Shown here piece by piece: positions 36,003-47,321 of a stretch of 64,000 nucleotides of DNA. The first letter of the stretch is position 1. Every line of letters begins with the position of its first letter. The notes beneath the pieces were generated by a model. That model worked only from the letters and a program-made list of their open reading frames with translations, ran no database searches and had not been told where the DNA came from. The DNA is from an uncultured Bacilli bacterium (lineage in GTDB: Bacteria > Bacillota_I > Bacilli_A > RF39 > UBA660): positions 5,768 to 69,767 of the forward strand of contig CAKPSB010000007.1 in assembly GCA_934183155.1 (NCBI GenBank), in the 5' to 3' direction. Both the position numbers and the translations under genes were made by a program.

Positions 36003-36032
36003 TTGATTTTTTTCCTTTAAATGTGTTATTAT
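36003..36032 (+). promoter_or_regulatory. Putative rpmE promoter
   Basis: TTGATT 36003-36008, 18-nt spacer, TGtTATTAT extended -10 (TATTAT 36027-36032). Confidence 0.45.
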
Positions 36033-36087
36033 ATATTCGCATAAATTTCTATGACTTATTTTAGTCATGGCGGAAGGAGAAGATAGA

Positions 36088-36300
36088 ATGAAAAAAGAAA
36101 TTCATCCTAATTATATGGACACAAAAGTAACTTGTGCTTGCGGTAATACTTTTACAGTAAGATCAAATAAACCTGAGTTAGAAGTTGAAGTTTGTGATAA
36201 ATGTCATCCTTTTTTTACTGGAAAACAAGGAACAGTTAAGAAGGCTGGTCAAATTGAAAAATTCAACAAAAAGTATGGTATTTCTAAAGAAAGCAAATAA
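36088..36300 (+). CDS. rpmE: 50S ribosomal protein L31 (Zn-binding type A)
   Basis: MKKEIHPNY.. from the ATG at 36088 (GGAAGGAGAAG RBS). Cys pairs CAC and [10 protein letters not shown]. Confidence 0.95.
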   Translation: MKKEIHPNYMDTKVTCACGNTFTVRSNKPELEVEVCDKCHPFFTGKQGTVKKAGQIEKFNKKYGISKESK

Positions 36301-36326
36301 GAATTTACTTTTTATTAATGTGATTT

Positions 36327-36355
36327 CGTCTTCTGAAAATGGAGACGCTTTTTTT
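36327..36355 (+). terminator. Intrinsic terminator after rpmE
   Basis: CGTCTTC (36327-36333) pairs with GGAGACG (36341-36347), followed by CTTTTTTT. Confidence 0.7.
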
Positions 36356-36361
36356 AAAAAA

Positions 36362-36391
36362 AATTGTAACTTTATTTTGGTTACAATTTTT
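36362..36391. terminator. Bidirectional hairpin between convergent rpmE and gpsA
   Basis: AATTGTAAC (36362-36370) pairs with GTTACAATT (36380-36388), flanked by an A-run upstream and a T-run downstream. Confidence 0.6.
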
Positions 36392-36403
36392 AATTATTAT
36401 TTA

Positions 36404-37375
36404 TTATGGTTTTTGAATTAAAAATTCAATTAGTTTTTCTGGCTTTTCTTTGTTATAAATTATTTGTTCTATTAAATCTATGATTGGCATGGATACATCT
36501 TTATTTACGACTAATTGTTTTACTGATTTTAAAGTATATAATCCTTCAATTGTAGTATTTTTTATATAATTGTTTATTTCTTTTTCATCTTTTTTTGTTC
36601 CAATCATATGACCTAAAGTATAATTTCGACTTTTTGGTGATGTTGCGGTAAGGAGCAAGTCACCAAAACCAGCGTATGATAAAACGGTGTCACCATTACC
36701 ACCTAAGCCTTTAATTAAACTTTTAATGTCATGTAGGGATTCAGTTATAAGCATGGCTTGGGTTGATTCTGAAGCATTTAATCCAGCGAGCATTCCGGCT
36801 GCTATGGCAATAATATTTTTAACTGATCCACATATTTCAGTACCAATTATGTCTGGTGTTTTTCTTAATTTGAAATGGTTATTTGAAAGAGCTTTGAATG
36901 TTAGCTCAATGGTTTCTTTATTCTGACAAGCTAAGGTTAGACCAACAGGATTATTTTGAGCTATATCAATGGCAAATGATGGCCCTGAAATGACAGCTAT
37001 TTTTTCAGTTTTTAGTATATTTTTAACAATGTCATATACAAAAAGATTACTGTCTTGTTCAATGCCTTTAGTGGCTATACAAATAGGGGTGTTTGTATAA
37101 TATTTTTTAACTTCTTTGATTGTTTTTTTTAGAAATTCTGTTGGTATGGCAATGATAATTAGATCAGTTTTTTCTAAAACTTGTTTTAGATTTGAGGTTA
37201 TTTTGATATTTTCATTTATTTTGATATTTGGTAGTTTTTTTGTTTGTCTTGTTTTTTTTATGGCTTCAACTTCACTTTCTATTGGACTATAGAGAGTTGT
37301 TTCATGTTTGTTTTCGTTTGTTATTTGGGCAAGAGCATATCCGTATGCTCCGGAGCCTAGTATTGTTATTTTCAT
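36404..37375 (-). CDS. gpsA: NAD(P)H-dependent glycerol-3-phosphate dehydrogenase
   Basis: MKITILGSGAYGYALA Rossmann motif, GPSFA, K(N)IIAIAAG, and the GDL..T core. Confidence 0.92.
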   Translation of the reverse strand: MKITILGSGAYGYALAQITNENKHETTLYSPIESEVEAIKKTRQTKKLPNIKINENIKITSNLKQVLEKTDLIIIAIPTEFLKKTIKEVKKYYTNTPICIATKGIEQDSNLFVYDIVKNILKTEKIAVISGPSFAIDIAQNNPVGLTLACQNKETIELTFKALSNNHFKLRKTPDIIGTEICGSVKNIIAIAAGMLAGLNASESTQAMLITESLHDIKSLIKGLGGNGDTVLSYAGFGDLLLTATSPKSRNYTLGHMIGTKKDEKEINNYIKNTTIEGLYTLKSVKQLVVNKDVSMPIIDLIEQIIYNKEKPEKLIEFLIQKP

Positions 37376-37485
37376 TTAAATCACCATTTGTGATTTTAAC
37401 ATTTATTTGATAAATAGTAAATAAAATTTACCTAGTAAATTATATTTTGGTGTGGTATAATTGTGATGATAGAAAGGTTGATAAT

Positions 37486-37803
37486 ATGAAAGAAAGTTTG
37501 GAGAATATAATGCTTATGGGGCTTGGCGCTATGGCTTATACTGGGGAAAAAGCAAAAGAAATAAAAGCTGATTTACTTAAAAAAGGAACAGAAGCTTATA
37601 AACATGGTCAAGCTTTAAATGAGGAGCTTAAACATAATATTAGTGAAAAGATTAAAGAAAATGTTACGGTAACAGTAGAAAAAGCTGATTTATCTAAAGA
37701 AGAGCTTGCTTTAGAAATAGAAAAACTTAGTGAAGAAGAAAAACGTGAAATTTTAAATTTGTTGAAGGTGTCAAAGAGGGACAATAAAAAGAAAGATGCT
37801 TAG
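37486..37803 (+). CDS. Small coiled-coil protein (phasin-like, COG3937-type)
   Basis: ATG at 37486. LMGLGAMAYTGEKAKE.. followed by a charged helical sequence. Weak family call. Confidence 0.45.
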   Translation: MKESLENIMLMGLGAMAYTGEKAKEIKADLLKKGTEAYKHGQALNEELKHNISEKIKENVTVTVEKADLSKEELALEIEKLSEEEKREILNLLKVSKRDNKKKDA

Positions 37804-39361
37804 TGGTAAAGATAGATTATTTGAAATAGCAGGAATTATAAAGAAATATGATTTGCTAAAAAATCCAACACCTGTTAATTTGCGATTGGCTATTGAACAA
37901 CTTGGACCTACTTTTATAAAATTGGGTCAAATACTTGCTTCACGTGATGATATTATTCCAAAAGATTATTGCACGGAACTTTCTCATTTACGAAATCAAG
38001 TAAAACCAATGCCTTATGAGAAGGTTTGCGAAATTTTAAATAAAGAATATCAAGGAAAATTGAATGATATATTTTTAAGTATTGATAGAAATCCTATTGG
38101 TTCGGCATCAATTGCCCAAGTACATAAAGCTATATTAAAGGATAATACAGAAGTTGTTATTAAAGTCCAAAGAGAAAATATTTATGATTTAATGGCGTTG
38201 GATGTTAAAGTTTTAAAGAAATTAATTAGTTTATTGAAAATTGATAAAATATTTAATTCAGTAATCAATTTTAATGATGCTATTGATGAAATGTTTGATA
38301 CAGCTAAAGAAGAGATGAATTTCTTAATTGAAGCTTCTCATACACAAGAATTTTATGAAATGAATAAGGATGTTGCTTATATAAAATCACCAAAGGTTTA
38401 TTTACAGTATACTACAAGTAAGGTTTTAGTAATGGAGTATATGAGTGGTATTAAGATAAATGATTTTGCTTCATTGGATGAAAATGGTTATGATCGTGAT
38501 GAAATTGGTAAGAAACTTGCCGCAAATTATATTAAACAAGCAATAACAGATGGTTTTTTTCATGCTGATCCACATACAGATAATTTAAAAATTTCTGATG
38601 GAAAAATTGTTTATTTGGATTTTGGAATGATGGGAAGGCTTTCTAAAAGAGATCGCGCTCTTTTAAGTGCTTGTATTGTGGCTATTTTAAAAGAAGATAT
38701 TACAGAAGTTTCACATATATTGCTTACGCTTGGTACTGTTCAAGGACAGCCAGATTATATGGCTTTAAAAAACGATATTAAAAAGGTACTTGATAAGAAT
38801 ATGAGTCAGGATGCTAGTGATATTAATATTAAGGCTTTTTTAAATGATTTTCTTTCTATGTTAACTGGTAATCATATTACTCTTCCAAAAGATGTAACAA
38901 TGCTTATGCGCGGTATTATAGTTATTGAGGGTGTTTTAAAAGAGGTAAGTCCAAAGATTAATTTGATTCAAATTTTGAGTACTTATGTAGTGCCTAATAA
39001 TTTAATTGATAAGAAAAAAATAGAAAATTTTTTGGAGAAAAGTGTTTCAAATGGTAGTGATTTGATGTGTTTACCAAATGAGGTTTTGTCTTTCTTTAAA
39101 GGCATTAATAATGGCGAGCTAAGATTTAATATTGAGCTTAATGATTCTAAACATCAGATGAGGAATTTAGAACAGCTTGTTCATTTAATAATGATTACTA
39201 TTTTAGATGTGGCTTATATTTTGGGCACAAGTTTAATTGTTATGCAAAAAAATGATAATTTACCATTTATATTTTATATTTATTTAATTATGGGTGGAAC
39301 GTGCACATTATGGATTTTTTATAAACTTTTTGTAAGTAGAATAAGGAATAGGAGAAGATAG
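37796..39361 (+). CDS. ABC1/UbiB-family atypical kinase
   Basis: LGPTFIKLGQILASRDDIIP, IGSASIAQVHKA, FHADPHTDNL, and two C-terminal TMS. Confidence 0.88.
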   Translation: MLSGKDRLFEIAGIIKKYDLLKNPTPVNLRLAIEQLGPTFIKLGQILASRDDIIPKDYCTELSHLRNQVKPMPYEKVCEILNKEYQGKLNDIFLSIDRNPIGSASIAQVHKAILKDNTEVVIKVQRENIYDLMALDVKVLKKLISLLKIDKIFNSVINFNDAIDEMFDTAKEEMNFLIEASHTQEFYEMNKDVAYIKSPKVYLQYTTSKVLVMEYMSGIKINDFASLDENGYDRDEIGKKLAANYIKQAITDGFFHADPHTDNLKISDGKIVYLDFGMMGRLSKRDRALLSACIVAILKEDITEVSHILLTLGTVQGQPDYMALKNDIKKVLDKNMSQDASDINIKAFLNDFLSMLTGNHITLPKDVTMLMRGIIVIEGVLKEVSPKINLIQILSTYVVPNNLIDKKKIENFLEKSVSNGSDLMCLPNEVLSFFKGINNGELRFNIELNDSKHQMRNLEQLVHLIMITILDVAYILGTSLIVMQKNDNLPFIFYIYLIMGGTCTLWIFYKLFVSRIRNRRR

Positions 39362-39362
39362 T

Positions 39363-40178
39363 ATGGATGAGAATAATTTAGATGATATTACGTCATTAAA
39401 CAATATGAATGCTTTTTTTAATAAAAACGAAAAACATAAAGATTATAAAGCTACTTTTATTTTAGTTGGAATTATTGTGGTTCTTTTAATTGCTTTATTT
39501 GTTTTGGCTTCATTTAAGAAAAAAACGATTGTTAAAGAAGTTGACAGAAAACTTACTTTAGATGAAATTTCTATTAAGTTAACTGATTATATTAAAGAAG
39601 AAAAGTTAGATGCTTTAGATGCTTATGGCATGGATGGTTTGGAGAGGGTAGCTATTAATAAAATTTGTACGGGCGTTTATGAATGCAAAAAAATATATGG
39701 TAGTGCCGTTTCTGATTATATTAAAGATGTATTTAATAAAAGTATAAATTTAACTGATATTAATTGTAATTATAATGATGGTGTTTTATATTCTTATGAT
39801 ACAAATAGTGGCTTGTTTGTTTGGAATGATGGTCATGCAGTGCATCCTTCTTTACCAACTGTTCCTATTTATACTAAGGTTAATAGTATAAGAAAGAAAG
39901 ATGATAAATATATTCTTGTTCTTAATAAGCTTTATTATAATCCTTCTTTTAGTGAGTATATTACAAGTGAACCTTCAAGTATTAATCAAATATATAATGC
40001 CAATAATTATATGCATACAACGGATAATGGTGAAGAAATTGATTTAGTTAAATTGAAAGCAAATTATGAAAATGATTATGATAGCTTGAAAAACAAAGGT
40101 ATTAAGTATCGTTATACTTTTGGGGTTAAAGGTAATAGTTATTATTTAGAGAGGTATGAAGTATTAGATGAGGGTTAG
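39363..40178 (+). CDS. Hypothetical single-pass membrane protein
   Basis: 271 aa with one TMS (ATFILVGIIVVLLIALFVLASF). No family recognised. Confidence 0.5.
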   Translation: MDENNLDDITSLNNMNAFFNKNEKHKDYKATFILVGIIVVLLIALFVLASFKKKTIVKEVDRKLTLDEISIKLTDYIKEEKLDALDAYGMDGLERVAINKICTGVYECKKIYGSAVSDYIKDVFNKSINLTDINCNYNDGVLYSYDTNSGLFVWNDGHAVHPSLPTVPIYTKVNSIRKKDDKYILVLNKLYYNPSFSEYITSEPSSINQIYNANNYMHTTDNGEEIDLVKLKANYENDYDSLKNKGIKYRYTFGVKGNSYYLERYEVLDEG

Positions 40179-40227
40179 ATAGTTTTTAACTATCTTTTTA
40201 TTTTGAGTATTTTTTTCTTTAAAAGTA

Positions 40228-40389
40228 TTGCTTTTTTGACAAAATACGTGTATACTTTTGAATGTGTGGCGTGCTTAGATGTGTGAGGTTGCCGATACAC
40301 CAGGTTAAGTTGTTATAAATTTAATCTTTAAATCGGGTTTTTACACGGAGCAAGTCTATACTAGATATAGGCGAGAGGAGGATACAATA
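40228..40389 (+). promoter_or_regulatory. Putative S10-operon promoter and structured leader
   Basis: TTGCTT 40228-40233, 17-nt spacer, TATACT 40251-40256. About 130 nt of comparatively GC-rich leader (GGCGTGCTTAGATGTGTGAGGTTGCCGATACACC..) before the rpsJ RBS. Confidence 0.35.
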
Positions 40390-40695
40390 ATGTCAAAAAA
40401 AGTTCGTATTAGATTAAAATCTTTTGAACACAAAAATTTGGATATGGCATGCGCTAAAATCGTTGATACAGTTAAAAGATCTGGCGGCGAAGTAAGCGGA
40501 CCTGTACCACTTCCAACAGAAGTTGAAAAGATTACAATCTTAAGAGCTGTTCACAAATACAAAGATTCACGTGAACAATTTGAAAAGAGAACACATAAAA
40601 GACTTATTGATGTCAATAATCCAAGCAAGGAGACTATAGATGCTTTATCACATCTAGATATTCCAAGCGGTGTTGATATTCAAATCAAATTATAA
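40390..40695 (+). CDS. rpsJ: 30S ribosomal protein S10
   Basis: [13 protein letters not shown]...KIVDT, first gene of the S10 operon. Confidence 0.97.
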   Translation: MSKKVRIRLKSFEHKNLDMACAKIVDTVKRSGGEVSGPVPLPTEVEKITILRAVHKYKDSREQFEKRTHKRLIDVNNPSKETIDALSHLDIPSGVDIQIKL

Positions 40696-40710
40696 TAGGA
40701 GGATGGAAAT

Positions 40711-41415
40711 ATGAAAGGAATCTTAGGTCGTAAAATAGGTATGACTCAAGTGTTTGACAATGACGGCAAATTAACCCCTGTTACTGTTGTTGAAGTTACT
40801 CCAAATGTGGTAACACAAGTTAAAACAAAAGATAACGACGGTTATGAAGCTATTCAACTTGCATTTGATGATAAAAGAGAAAAATTAGCGACAAAAGCTT
40901 CTACTGGTATTACTAGTAAAGCTAATACGACACCTAAGCGCTTCTTTAAAGAAATCAGAGGTGTAGACGTTAACGAATACAAACTTGGAGATGAAGTTAA
41001 GGCGGATATCTTTGAAGTTGGCGAGGTTGTTGACGTAACTGGAACTACAAAAGGTAAAGGGTTCCAAGGAAATATCAAAAAATATAATCAAAGTAGAGGA
41101 CCTATGGGTCACGGTTCTAAATATCATAGAGGCGTGGGTTCACTTGGTACAATGCTTCCAAAACGTGTATTTAAAGGTAGAGGACTTCCAAGTCACATGG
41201 GAGTTAATACTGTAACTATCCAAAACTTAGAGATAGTAGCTGTTGATTTAGAAAACAATGCTATTTTAGTAAAGGGAAATATTCCTGGACCTAAAAAAGC
41301 TATGGTTATGATTAGAAGCTCAGTTAAAAATAATGGCAAAGTAAACAAACGTGCAGAACTAACTAACTGGAGTAAATCTCAAGAAGTTGCTGAAACAACA
41401 GAGAGTGCTGAATAA
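40711..41415 (+). CDS. rplC: 50S ribosomal protein L3
   Basis: [23 protein letters not shown]. About 25-aa C-terminal extension. Confidence 0.97.
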   Translation: MKGILGRKIGMTQVFDNDGKLTPVTVVEVTPNVVTQVKTKDNDGYEAIQLAFDDKREKLATKASTGITSKANTTPKRFFKEIRGVDVNEYKLGDEVKADIFEVGEVVDVTGTTKGKGFQGNIKKYNQSRGPMGHGSKYHRGVGSLGTMLPKRVFKGRGLPSHMGVNTVTIQNLEIVAVDLENNAILVKGNIPGPKKAMVMIRSSVKNNGKVNKRAELTNWSKSQEVAETTESAE

Positions 41416-41429
41416 TAGGAGGAATAGTC

Positions 41430-42053
41430 ATGAAGAAAAATAGTGTTATTAATCTTAAAGGCGAAAAAGTTAGTGATATTGCTTTAAACGAAAATGTTTG
41501 GGGAATTGAACCAAATGATGCCGTTTTATATGATGCAATTACTTTAGCTCAAGCTTCTCAAAGACAAGGAACAGCTGATACAAAAACACGTAGTGAAGTA
41601 AGTGGCGGAGGAAGAAAGCCATGGAGACAAAAAGGTACTGGTAGAGCTAGACAAGGTAGTACTAGAGCTCCACATTGGTATCATGGTGGTATTGTTTTTG
41701 GACCACATCCAAGAACTTATGGCAAGAAAATGAACCGCAAGGAAAGAGTTTTAGCTTTAAAATCAGCGTTAGCTTATAAAAAAGCTGAAAACGAAATGAT
41801 TATTTTAGACAGTTTTGAATTAAATACTAATAAGACAAAAGATATGCTTCAAATCTTAAAAGACATTAAAGCTCCTAAAAAGACTTTAATTGTTGTTGAT
41901 GAATTAACTGATAATTTAATTTTAGCTACTCGTAATATTCAAAAATTAGAATTATTAGAAGCAAATGAAATTAATGTTTTAGATATTATAGGTAGTGACT
42001 GCTTAGTTATTACAGAAAAGGCAGTTAAACAAATTGAGGAGGCGTTAAAATAA
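41430..42053 (+). CDS. rplD: 50S ribosomal protein L4
   Basis: SGGGRKPWRQKGTGRARQGS motif. Confidence 0.97.
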   Translation: MKKNSVINLKGEKVSDIALNENVWGIEPNDAVLYDAITLAQASQRQGTADTKTRSEVSGGGRKPWRQKGTGRARQGSTRAPHWYHGGIVFGPHPRTYGKKMNRKERVLALKSALAYKKAENEMIILDSFELNTNKTKDMLQILKDIKAPKKTLIVVDELTDNLILATRNIQKLELLEANEINVLDIIGSDCLVITEKAVKQIEEALK

Positions 42054-42331
42054 TGGAAAATTACAGAGACATTATCAAAGCTCCAATAATCACTGAGAAA
42101 ACTCATGATTTAGCTAGCAATAATACTTATGTGTTTAGCGTTGATACAAAAGCTAACAAAGTTCAAATTAAGCAAGCTATTGAAAAAATATTTAATGTTA
42201 AAGTATTAAGTGTTAATACTATTAATACTTATGCAAAAAGAAAAAGAGTTGGACGTTACTTCGGTAGAGCCAACAAGGTTAAAAAAGCAATTGTTAAATT
42301 ACAAGAAGGAAGTTCAATCGAACTTAATTAA
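42053..42331 (+). CDS. rplW: 50S ribosomal protein L23
   Basis: I.KAPIITEK.., operon order. Confidence 0.96.
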   Translation: MENYRDIIKAPIITEKTHDLASNNTYVFSVDTKANKVQIKQAIEKIFNVKVLSVNTINTYAKRKRVGRYFGRANKVKKAIVKLQEGSSIELN

Positions 42332-42349
42332 TCTTAAGGGAGGACGAAT

Positions 42350-43180
42350 ATGGCAATAAAATCATATAGACCAACGACTAATGGTAGACGTGGTATGACA
42401 ACTTTAGTTAATGAAGAAGTTACTAAAACTACTCCTGAAAAATCATTAGTTGTTACAGTAAAAAAATCAGGTGGTCGTAATAATCAAGGCAAAATCACTG
42501 TAAGACATCACGGTGGTGGAGTTAAGAGAAAATACAGAATTATCGATTTTAAAAGAAATAAGGATGGTGTTATTGGAACAGTAGATTCAATACAATACGA
42601 TCCAAATAGAAGTGCTAACATTGCTTTAATAAATTATGCTGATGGAGAAAAAAGATATATTATTGCTCCTAAAGGCTTAACAGTAGGAATGAAAATTGAA
42701 AGTGGCGATAGCTGTGATATCAAAGTTGGTAACAATATGCCACTTGCAAATATTCCTGAAGGAACTTTAGTTCATAATATTGAATTAAATCCTGGAAAAG
42801 GTGGCCAAATGGCTAGAAGCGCTGGCGCTAGCGTTCAAATATTAGGCCGCGAAGGAAATTATACTTTACTACGTTTAACTAGTGGTGAAGTTAGAAAAGT
42901 TTTAAGCGTTTGCCGTGCTACAATCGGTGAAGTTGGAAATGAAGATTACAGCTTAGTTAATTATGGTAAAGCTGGTAGAAAAAGACATATGGGTATTAGA
43001 CCTACAGTTCGTGGTTCTGTTATGAACCCTAACGATCACCCACATGGTGGTGGTGAAGGTAGAGCTCCAGTTGGTCGTAAACATCCAGTTACACCTTGGG
43101 GTAAACCTGCTTTGGGCTTTAAAACTCGTAATAGAAAAAAAGCTTCAAGTAAATTAATTGTTCGCTCAAGAAAAAAATAA
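42350..43180 (+). CDS. rplB: 50S ribosomal protein L2
   Basis: [32 protein letters not shown]. Confidence 0.98.
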   Translation: MAIKSYRPTTNGRRGMTTLVNEEVTKTTPEKSLVVTVKKSGGRNNQGKITVRHHGGGVKRKYRIIDFKRNKDGVIGTVDSIQYDPNRSANIALINYADGEKRYIIAPKGLTVGMKIESGDSCDIKVGNNMPLANIPEGTLVHNIELNPGKGGQMARSAGASVQILGREGNYTLLRLTSGEVRKVLSVCRATIGEVGNEDYSLVNYGKAGRKRHMGIRPTVRGSVMNPNDHPHGGGEGRAPVGRKHPVTPWGKPALGFKTRNRKKASSKLIVRSRKK

Positions 43181-43197
43181 GAAAGGATGACTTATAA

Positions 43198-43470
43198 ATG
43201 GCTAGAAGTGCTAAAAAAATGCCTTTTGTCGATGAACATTTGATGAAAAAGGTAGAAAAAATAAATGAATCTGGTAAAAAAGAAGTAATTAAGACTTGGT
43301 CTCGCCGTTCTACAATTTATCCTGTATTTGTTGGACACACATTTGCTGTACATAATGGTAAAGAATTTATTCCTGTTTATGTGACAGAAGATATGGTTGG
43401 ACATAAATTAGGAGAATTCGCCTTAACACGTAAATTTGGTGGCCATGGCGACGATAAGTTAAAAAAATAA
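43198..43470 (+). CDS. rpsS: 30S ribosomal protein S19
   Basis: [20 protein letters not shown]. Confidence 0.97.
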   Translation: MARSAKKMPFVDEHLMKKVEKINESGKKEVIKTWSRRSTIYPVFVGHTFAVHNGKEFIPVYVTEDMVGHKLGEFALTRKFGGHGDDKLKK

Positions 43471-43488
43471 CCGGAAAGGATGATATAA

Positions 43489-43824
43489 ATGGAAGCTAAA
43501 GCAATTGCTAAAGATATAAGAATTTCACCTAGAAAAATGCGTTTATCTGTTGATTTAATTCGTGGAAAAGACGTTACTGAAGCTGACACGATTTTAGCAA
43601 ATTTAAATAAAGATGCTGCTAATGTTATTCGCAAGGTTTTGAAATCTGCTGTAGCTAATGCAGAAAACAATTTAGAATTAAAAAAAGAAAATCTTTATGT
43701 AAGCGAAGCTTATATTAATGAGGGCAAAACTTTAAAAAGAGGACGTGCTGGTGCGAAAGGAAGCCCTAAACCAATATTAAAAAGATCAAGCCATGTTACA
43801 GTGGTTGTAAGTGAAAGAAATTAA
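43489..43824 (+). CDS. rplV: 50S ribosomal protein L22
   Basis: [18 protein letters not shown]. Confidence 0.97.
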   Translation: MEAKAIAKDIRISPRKMRLSVDLIRGKDVTEADTILANLNKDAANVIRKVLKSAVANAENNLELKKENLYVSEAYINEGKTLKRGRAGAKGSPKPILKRSSHVTVVVSERN

Positions 43825-43841
43825 ACAAAGGAGGATATAAC

Positions 43842-44555
43842 ATGGGTCAAAAAGTTAGTCCAGTCGGACTTAGAATTGGCATTAATAAAACTTGGGAATC
43901 TAAGTGGTATGCTGGTAACCAAGATTTTGCTAAATTTTTAAATAACGACTATAAAATTCGTAAGTTTTTGGACAAGAAATTAAAAGACGCCGCTGTTGCA
44001 AGTATTCTTATTGAAAGAACTGCTGATAAGACCGAAGTTGTTATAAATACTGCTAAACCAGGAGTGGTAATTGGTCATGGCGGAGATGAAATTGAAAAAC
44101 TTAAAAAAGAGCTTGATAAGTTAACAGGTGAAGATGTTCACATTTCAATTAAGGAAATTAAAAACCCTAATTTAGTGGCAGCACTTGTTGCAGAAAATAT
44201 AGCTCATCAAATTGAAAACCGTGTTTCTTATAAAATTGCACAAAAGAAAGCAATTAGAAATGTTATGAAATCAGGTGCTAAAGGTGTTAAAACATTAGTG
44301 TCTGGTAGATTAAACGGTGCTGAAATTGCAAGAGGAGAAGGTTATACTGAAGGTAAAGTTCCTCGTCATACTTTAAGAGCTAACATCGATTATGCTTTAA
44401 AAGAAGCTGACACAATTTATGGTAAAATCGGTGTTAAAGTATGGATTTATAAAGGTGAAATTCTTGGAAATGGTGTTAAACCTGAAAGAGAAAAAAAGCC
44501 TGTAAGAGCTAATAAGGGAGGTAAGGACAATGGCAGTTATTCCAAAAAGAACTAA
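43842..44555 (+). CDS. rpsC: 30S ribosomal protein S3
   Basis: [16 protein letters not shown] domain, [10 protein letters not shown]. Confidence 0.98.
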   Translation: MGQKVSPVGLRIGINKTWESKWYAGNQDFAKFLNNDYKIRKFLDKKLKDAAVASILIERTADKTEVVINTAKPGVVIGHGGDEIEKLKKELDKLTGEDVHISIKEIKNPNLVAALVAENIAHQIENRVSYKIAQKKAIRNVMKSGAKGVKTLVSGRLNGAEIARGEGYTEGKVPRHTLRANIDYALKEADTIYGKIGVKVWIYKGEILGNGVKPEREKKPVRANKGGKDNGSYSKKN

Positions 44556-44961
44556 GTATCGTCGTCCTCACCGTCTACCATATGATGGTGTAGCTCGCGG
44601 AAACAGAACTGTTTCATTTGGTGAATATGGTTTACAAGCTATGGAAGGTGCTTGGATAAGCCAACAACAAATTGAAGCTGCTCGTGTAGCGATGACTCGT
44701 TACATGAAGCGTGGTGGTAAAGTATGGATTAATATTTTCCCACATTTATCTTTAACTGCTAAAGGTATCGGAATGCGTCAAGGTAAAGGTAAAGGTGCAC
44801 CTGATAAATGGGTAGCAGTTGTTAAAAAAGGAAAAGTTATGTTCGAAATTGCCGATGTTGATGAAGCTACTGCTAGAGAAGCATTTAGACTTGCTATGCA
44901 TAAATTACCAATTAAATGTAAATTTGTAAAAAAAGAAAGTGGTGAGGCAGATGAAAATTAA
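44530..44961 (+). CDS. rplP: 50S ribosomal protein L16
   Basis: [17 protein letters not shown]. Confidence 0.97.
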   Translation: MAVIPKRTKYRRPHRLPYDGVARGNRTVSFGEYGLQAMEGAWISQQQIEAARVAMTRYMKRGGKVWINIFPHLSLTAKGIGMRQGKGKGAPDKWVAVVKKGKVMFEIADVDEATAREAFRLAMHKLPIKCKFVKKESGEADEN

Positions 44962-45145
44962 TGAACTAAGAGAATTAAGCAATGAAGAATTAATTAAAAA
45001 AATTGATGAAACGAAAGCTGAACTTTTTAATTTACGTTTTAGCCAAGCTACTGGTAGTCTTGAGAGGCCAGCTAGAATTAATGAGCTTAGAAAGGCTGTT
45101 GCTAGAATGAAAACCATTCTACGCGAACGTGAATTACAAGACTAG
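44951..45145 (+). CDS. rpmC: 50S ribosomal protein L29
   Basis: [14 protein letters not shown]...I...K.ELFNLRFQ from the ATG at 44951 (track start 44939 is a GTG extension). Confidence 0.95.
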   Translation: MKINELRELSNEELIKKIDETKAELFNLRFSQATGSLERPARINELRKAVARMKTILRERELQD

Positions 45146-45153
45146 GAGGATTT

Positions 45154-45411
45154 ATGGAAAATATTAAAAGAGAATTAGTTGGTAAAGTTGTAAGTGTTAA
45201 AAATAATAAAACTATTACAGTTTTAGTTGAAACTTACATTATGGATAAAAAATATGGTAAAAGAGCTATGTATTCTAAAAAATATGCAGTTCACGATGAA
45301 CATAATGAAGCAAAGTTAGGCGATAAAGTTAGAATTGCTGAAACTAGACCTATATCTAAGACTAAGCATTATCGTTTAACACAAATAGTAGAGAAAGCAG
45401 TTATTTTATAA
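45154..45411 (+). CDS. rpsQ: 30S ribosomal protein S17
   Basis: GKVVS.K..KTI.V.VE, I.E.RP.SK.K. Confidence 0.96.
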   Translation: MENIKRELVGKVVSVKNNKTITVLVETYIMDKKYGKRAMYSKKYAVHDEHNEAKLGDKVRIAETRPISKTKHYRLTQIVEKAVIL

Positions 45412-45435
45412 CTAGCTGGAAGGAGGATTTAATAT

Positions 45436-45804
45436 ATGATTCAACAAGAAAGCCGTTTAAAAGTAGCTGATAACTCTGGTGCTCGTGAACTTTTAGTAAT
45501 TAGAGTACTTGGCGGAAGTAAAGTTAAAACTGGCAATATTGGAGATATAGTTGTAGGTACAGTTAAAAAAGCAACACCTAATGGACAAGTTTCAGAGGGT
45601 AAAGTTGTTAAAGCTGTTGTTGTAAGAACTAGACGTGGAGTTAGAAGAGAAGACGGGTCTTATATTAAATTTGATGATAATGCATGCATTTTAATTAAAG
45701 ATGATAAGACACCTGTTGGAACACGTGTATTTGGACCAGTAGCTCGTGAGATAAGAGAAGATGGATATTTAAAAATTGCCTCACTTGCTAAAGAGGTTTT
45801 ATAA
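45436..45804 (+). CDS. rplN: 50S ribosomal protein L14
   Basis: [18 protein letters not shown]. Confidence 0.98.
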   Translation: MIQQESRLKVADNSGARELLVIRVLGGSKVKTGNIGDIVVGTVKKATPNGQVSEGKVVKAVVVRTRRGVRREDGSYIKFDDNACILIKDDKTPVGTRVFGPVAREIREDGYLKIASLAKEVL

Positions 45805-45822
45805 TCGTTTGGAGGAAATAAT

Positions 45823-46131
45823 ATGAAAATAAAACAAGGAGATAAAGTTATAGTTATCGCTGGCAAAGATAAAGGTAAAGAAGGAACTGTTACTAAAACT
45901 TTGAAAAATGATAACAAAGTCATCGTTGAAGGCGTTAATATTGTTAAAAAGCATATTAAACCAAACGGTGGAGAAAATGGTAGAATCGCCGAAGTTGAAG
46001 CACCAATTCATGTTTCTAATGTAATGATGCTTGATCCTAAGACTAAAAAGGGAACAAAAATCGGATACACTACTAATAAAGATGGAAAGAAAATAAGAAT
46101 GTCAAGAAAATCTAATGAAAAACTTGACTAA
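45823..46131 (+). CDS. rplX: 50S ribosomal protein L24
   Basis: [24 protein letters not shown] motif. Confidence 0.97.
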   Translation: MKIKQGDKVIVIAGKDKGKEGTVTKTLKNDNKVIVEGVNIVKKHIKPNGGENGRIAEVEAPIHVSNVMMLDPKTKKGTKIGYTTNKDGKKIRMSRKSNEKLD

Positions 46132-46150
46132 ACCTGAAAGGAGGGTATCT

Positions 46151-46690
46151 ATGAACCGCCTACATGAAAAGTATAATAAGGAAATCGTACCTAGTTTAAG
46201 AGAAAAATATAATTATAAAAGTTTAATGGCAATACCTAAGCTTGACAAAATTGTTGTTAATATGGGTGTTGGTGATGCTACTAGTAATAGTAAATTATTA
46301 GATGCTGCTGTAAGTGATTTAAAAGAAATTACTGGACAACAACCTATTGTTACTAAAGCTAAGAAAGCAGTTGCAAACTTTAAAGTTCGTGAAGGCCAAG
46401 GAATTGGTTGTAAAGTTACTTTAAGAGGAGAAAATATGTATAACTTTTTAGATAAATTAATTAGTATTACATTACCTCGTGTTCGTGATTTTAGAGGTAT
46501 TAATCCAAAATCATTTGATGGTAGAGGTAACTATACTTTAGGACTTACTGAACAATTAATTTTCTCAGAAATAGATTATGATAAAGTTGTTAAAGTACGC
46601 GGAATGGATATTGTATTTGTTACAACAGCCAAAACCAATGAAGAAGCTTTAGACTTATTAAAAGGCTTCGGTATGCCTTTTAGAAAATAA
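46151..46690 (+). CDS. rplE: 50S ribosomal protein L5
   Basis: [14 protein letters not shown] from the ATG at 46151 after a GGAGGG RBS. The track start at 46115 overlaps rplX. Confidence 0.97.
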   Translation: MNRLHEKYNKEIVPSLREKYNYKSLMAIPKLDKIVVNMGVGDATSNSKLLDAAVSDLKEITGQQPIVTKAKKAVANFKVREGQGIGCKVTLRGENMYNFLDKLISITLPRVRDFRGINPKSFDGRGNYTLGLTEQLIFSEIDYDKVVKVRGMDIVFVTTAKTNEEALDLLKGFGMPFRK

Positions 46691-46707
46691 TGAATTAGGA
46701 GGAAATT

Positions 46708-46893
46708 ATGGCAAAAAAAAGTATGATTGTCAAAGCTAATCGTGAGCCTAAATTCAAAGTACGTAAATATACAAGATGTAAAATTTGTGGTAGACCACAT
46801 TCAGTACTTAAAAAATATGGAATTTGCCGTATTTGCTTTAGGGAATTAGCTTATAAAGGACAAATACCTGGAATTACAAAATCAAGTTGGTAA
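46708..46893 (+). CDS. rpsN: 30S ribosomal protein S14 type Z (zinc)
   Basis: 61 aa, CKICGRPHS...CRIC. Confidence 0.96.
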   Translation: MAKKSMIVKANREPKFKVRKYTRCKICGRPHSVLKKYGICRICFRELAYKGQIPGITKSSW

Positions 46894-46909
46894 GAAGGGA
46901 GGATTAAAT

Positions 46910-47305
46910 ATGGTAGTATCAGATCCAATAGCTGATATGCTTACGAGAATCCGTAATGCAAATCAATTAAGATATAAAGAAGTTGAAATGCCATCTTCAA
47001 AAATGAAAGAAGAAATCGCTAGAATTTTAAAAGAAGAAGGCTTTATTGCAAATTATAAAGTAAGTGAAAATGGTGCTGAGAAGCAAATCGTTTTGACTTT
47101 AAAATATGTTAAGAAACAAAGAGTTATCACTGGTCTTAAAAGAATTTCAAAACCTGGTTTACGTGTTTATGCGAAAGCTGATGAAATTCCAAGTGTTTTA
47201 AATGGATTAGGAATTGCTATCGTGTCTACATCAATGGGTGTTATGACTGGTAGAGACGCTAAGAAAAAGTCACTAGGTGGCGAAGTGTTAGCTTACGTTT
47301 GGTAG
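46910..47305 (+). CDS. rpsH: 30S ribosomal protein S8
   Basis: [13 protein letters not shown]. Confidence 0.97.
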   Translation: MVVSDPIADMLTRIRNANQLRYKEVEMPSSKMKEEIARILKEEGFIANYKVSENGAEKQIVLTLKYVKKQRVITGLKRISKPGLRVYAKADEIPSVLNGLGIAIVSTSMGVMTGRDAKKKSLGGEVLAYVW

Positions 47306-47321
47306 AAAGGAGAAAGTTTAT

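Noticed and set aside
36185-36421. 78-aa ORF overlapping the rpmE 3' end and the two terminators
   Set aside because: It is out of frame with L31, spans the terminator hairpins and runs into convergent gpsA. It has no RBS.
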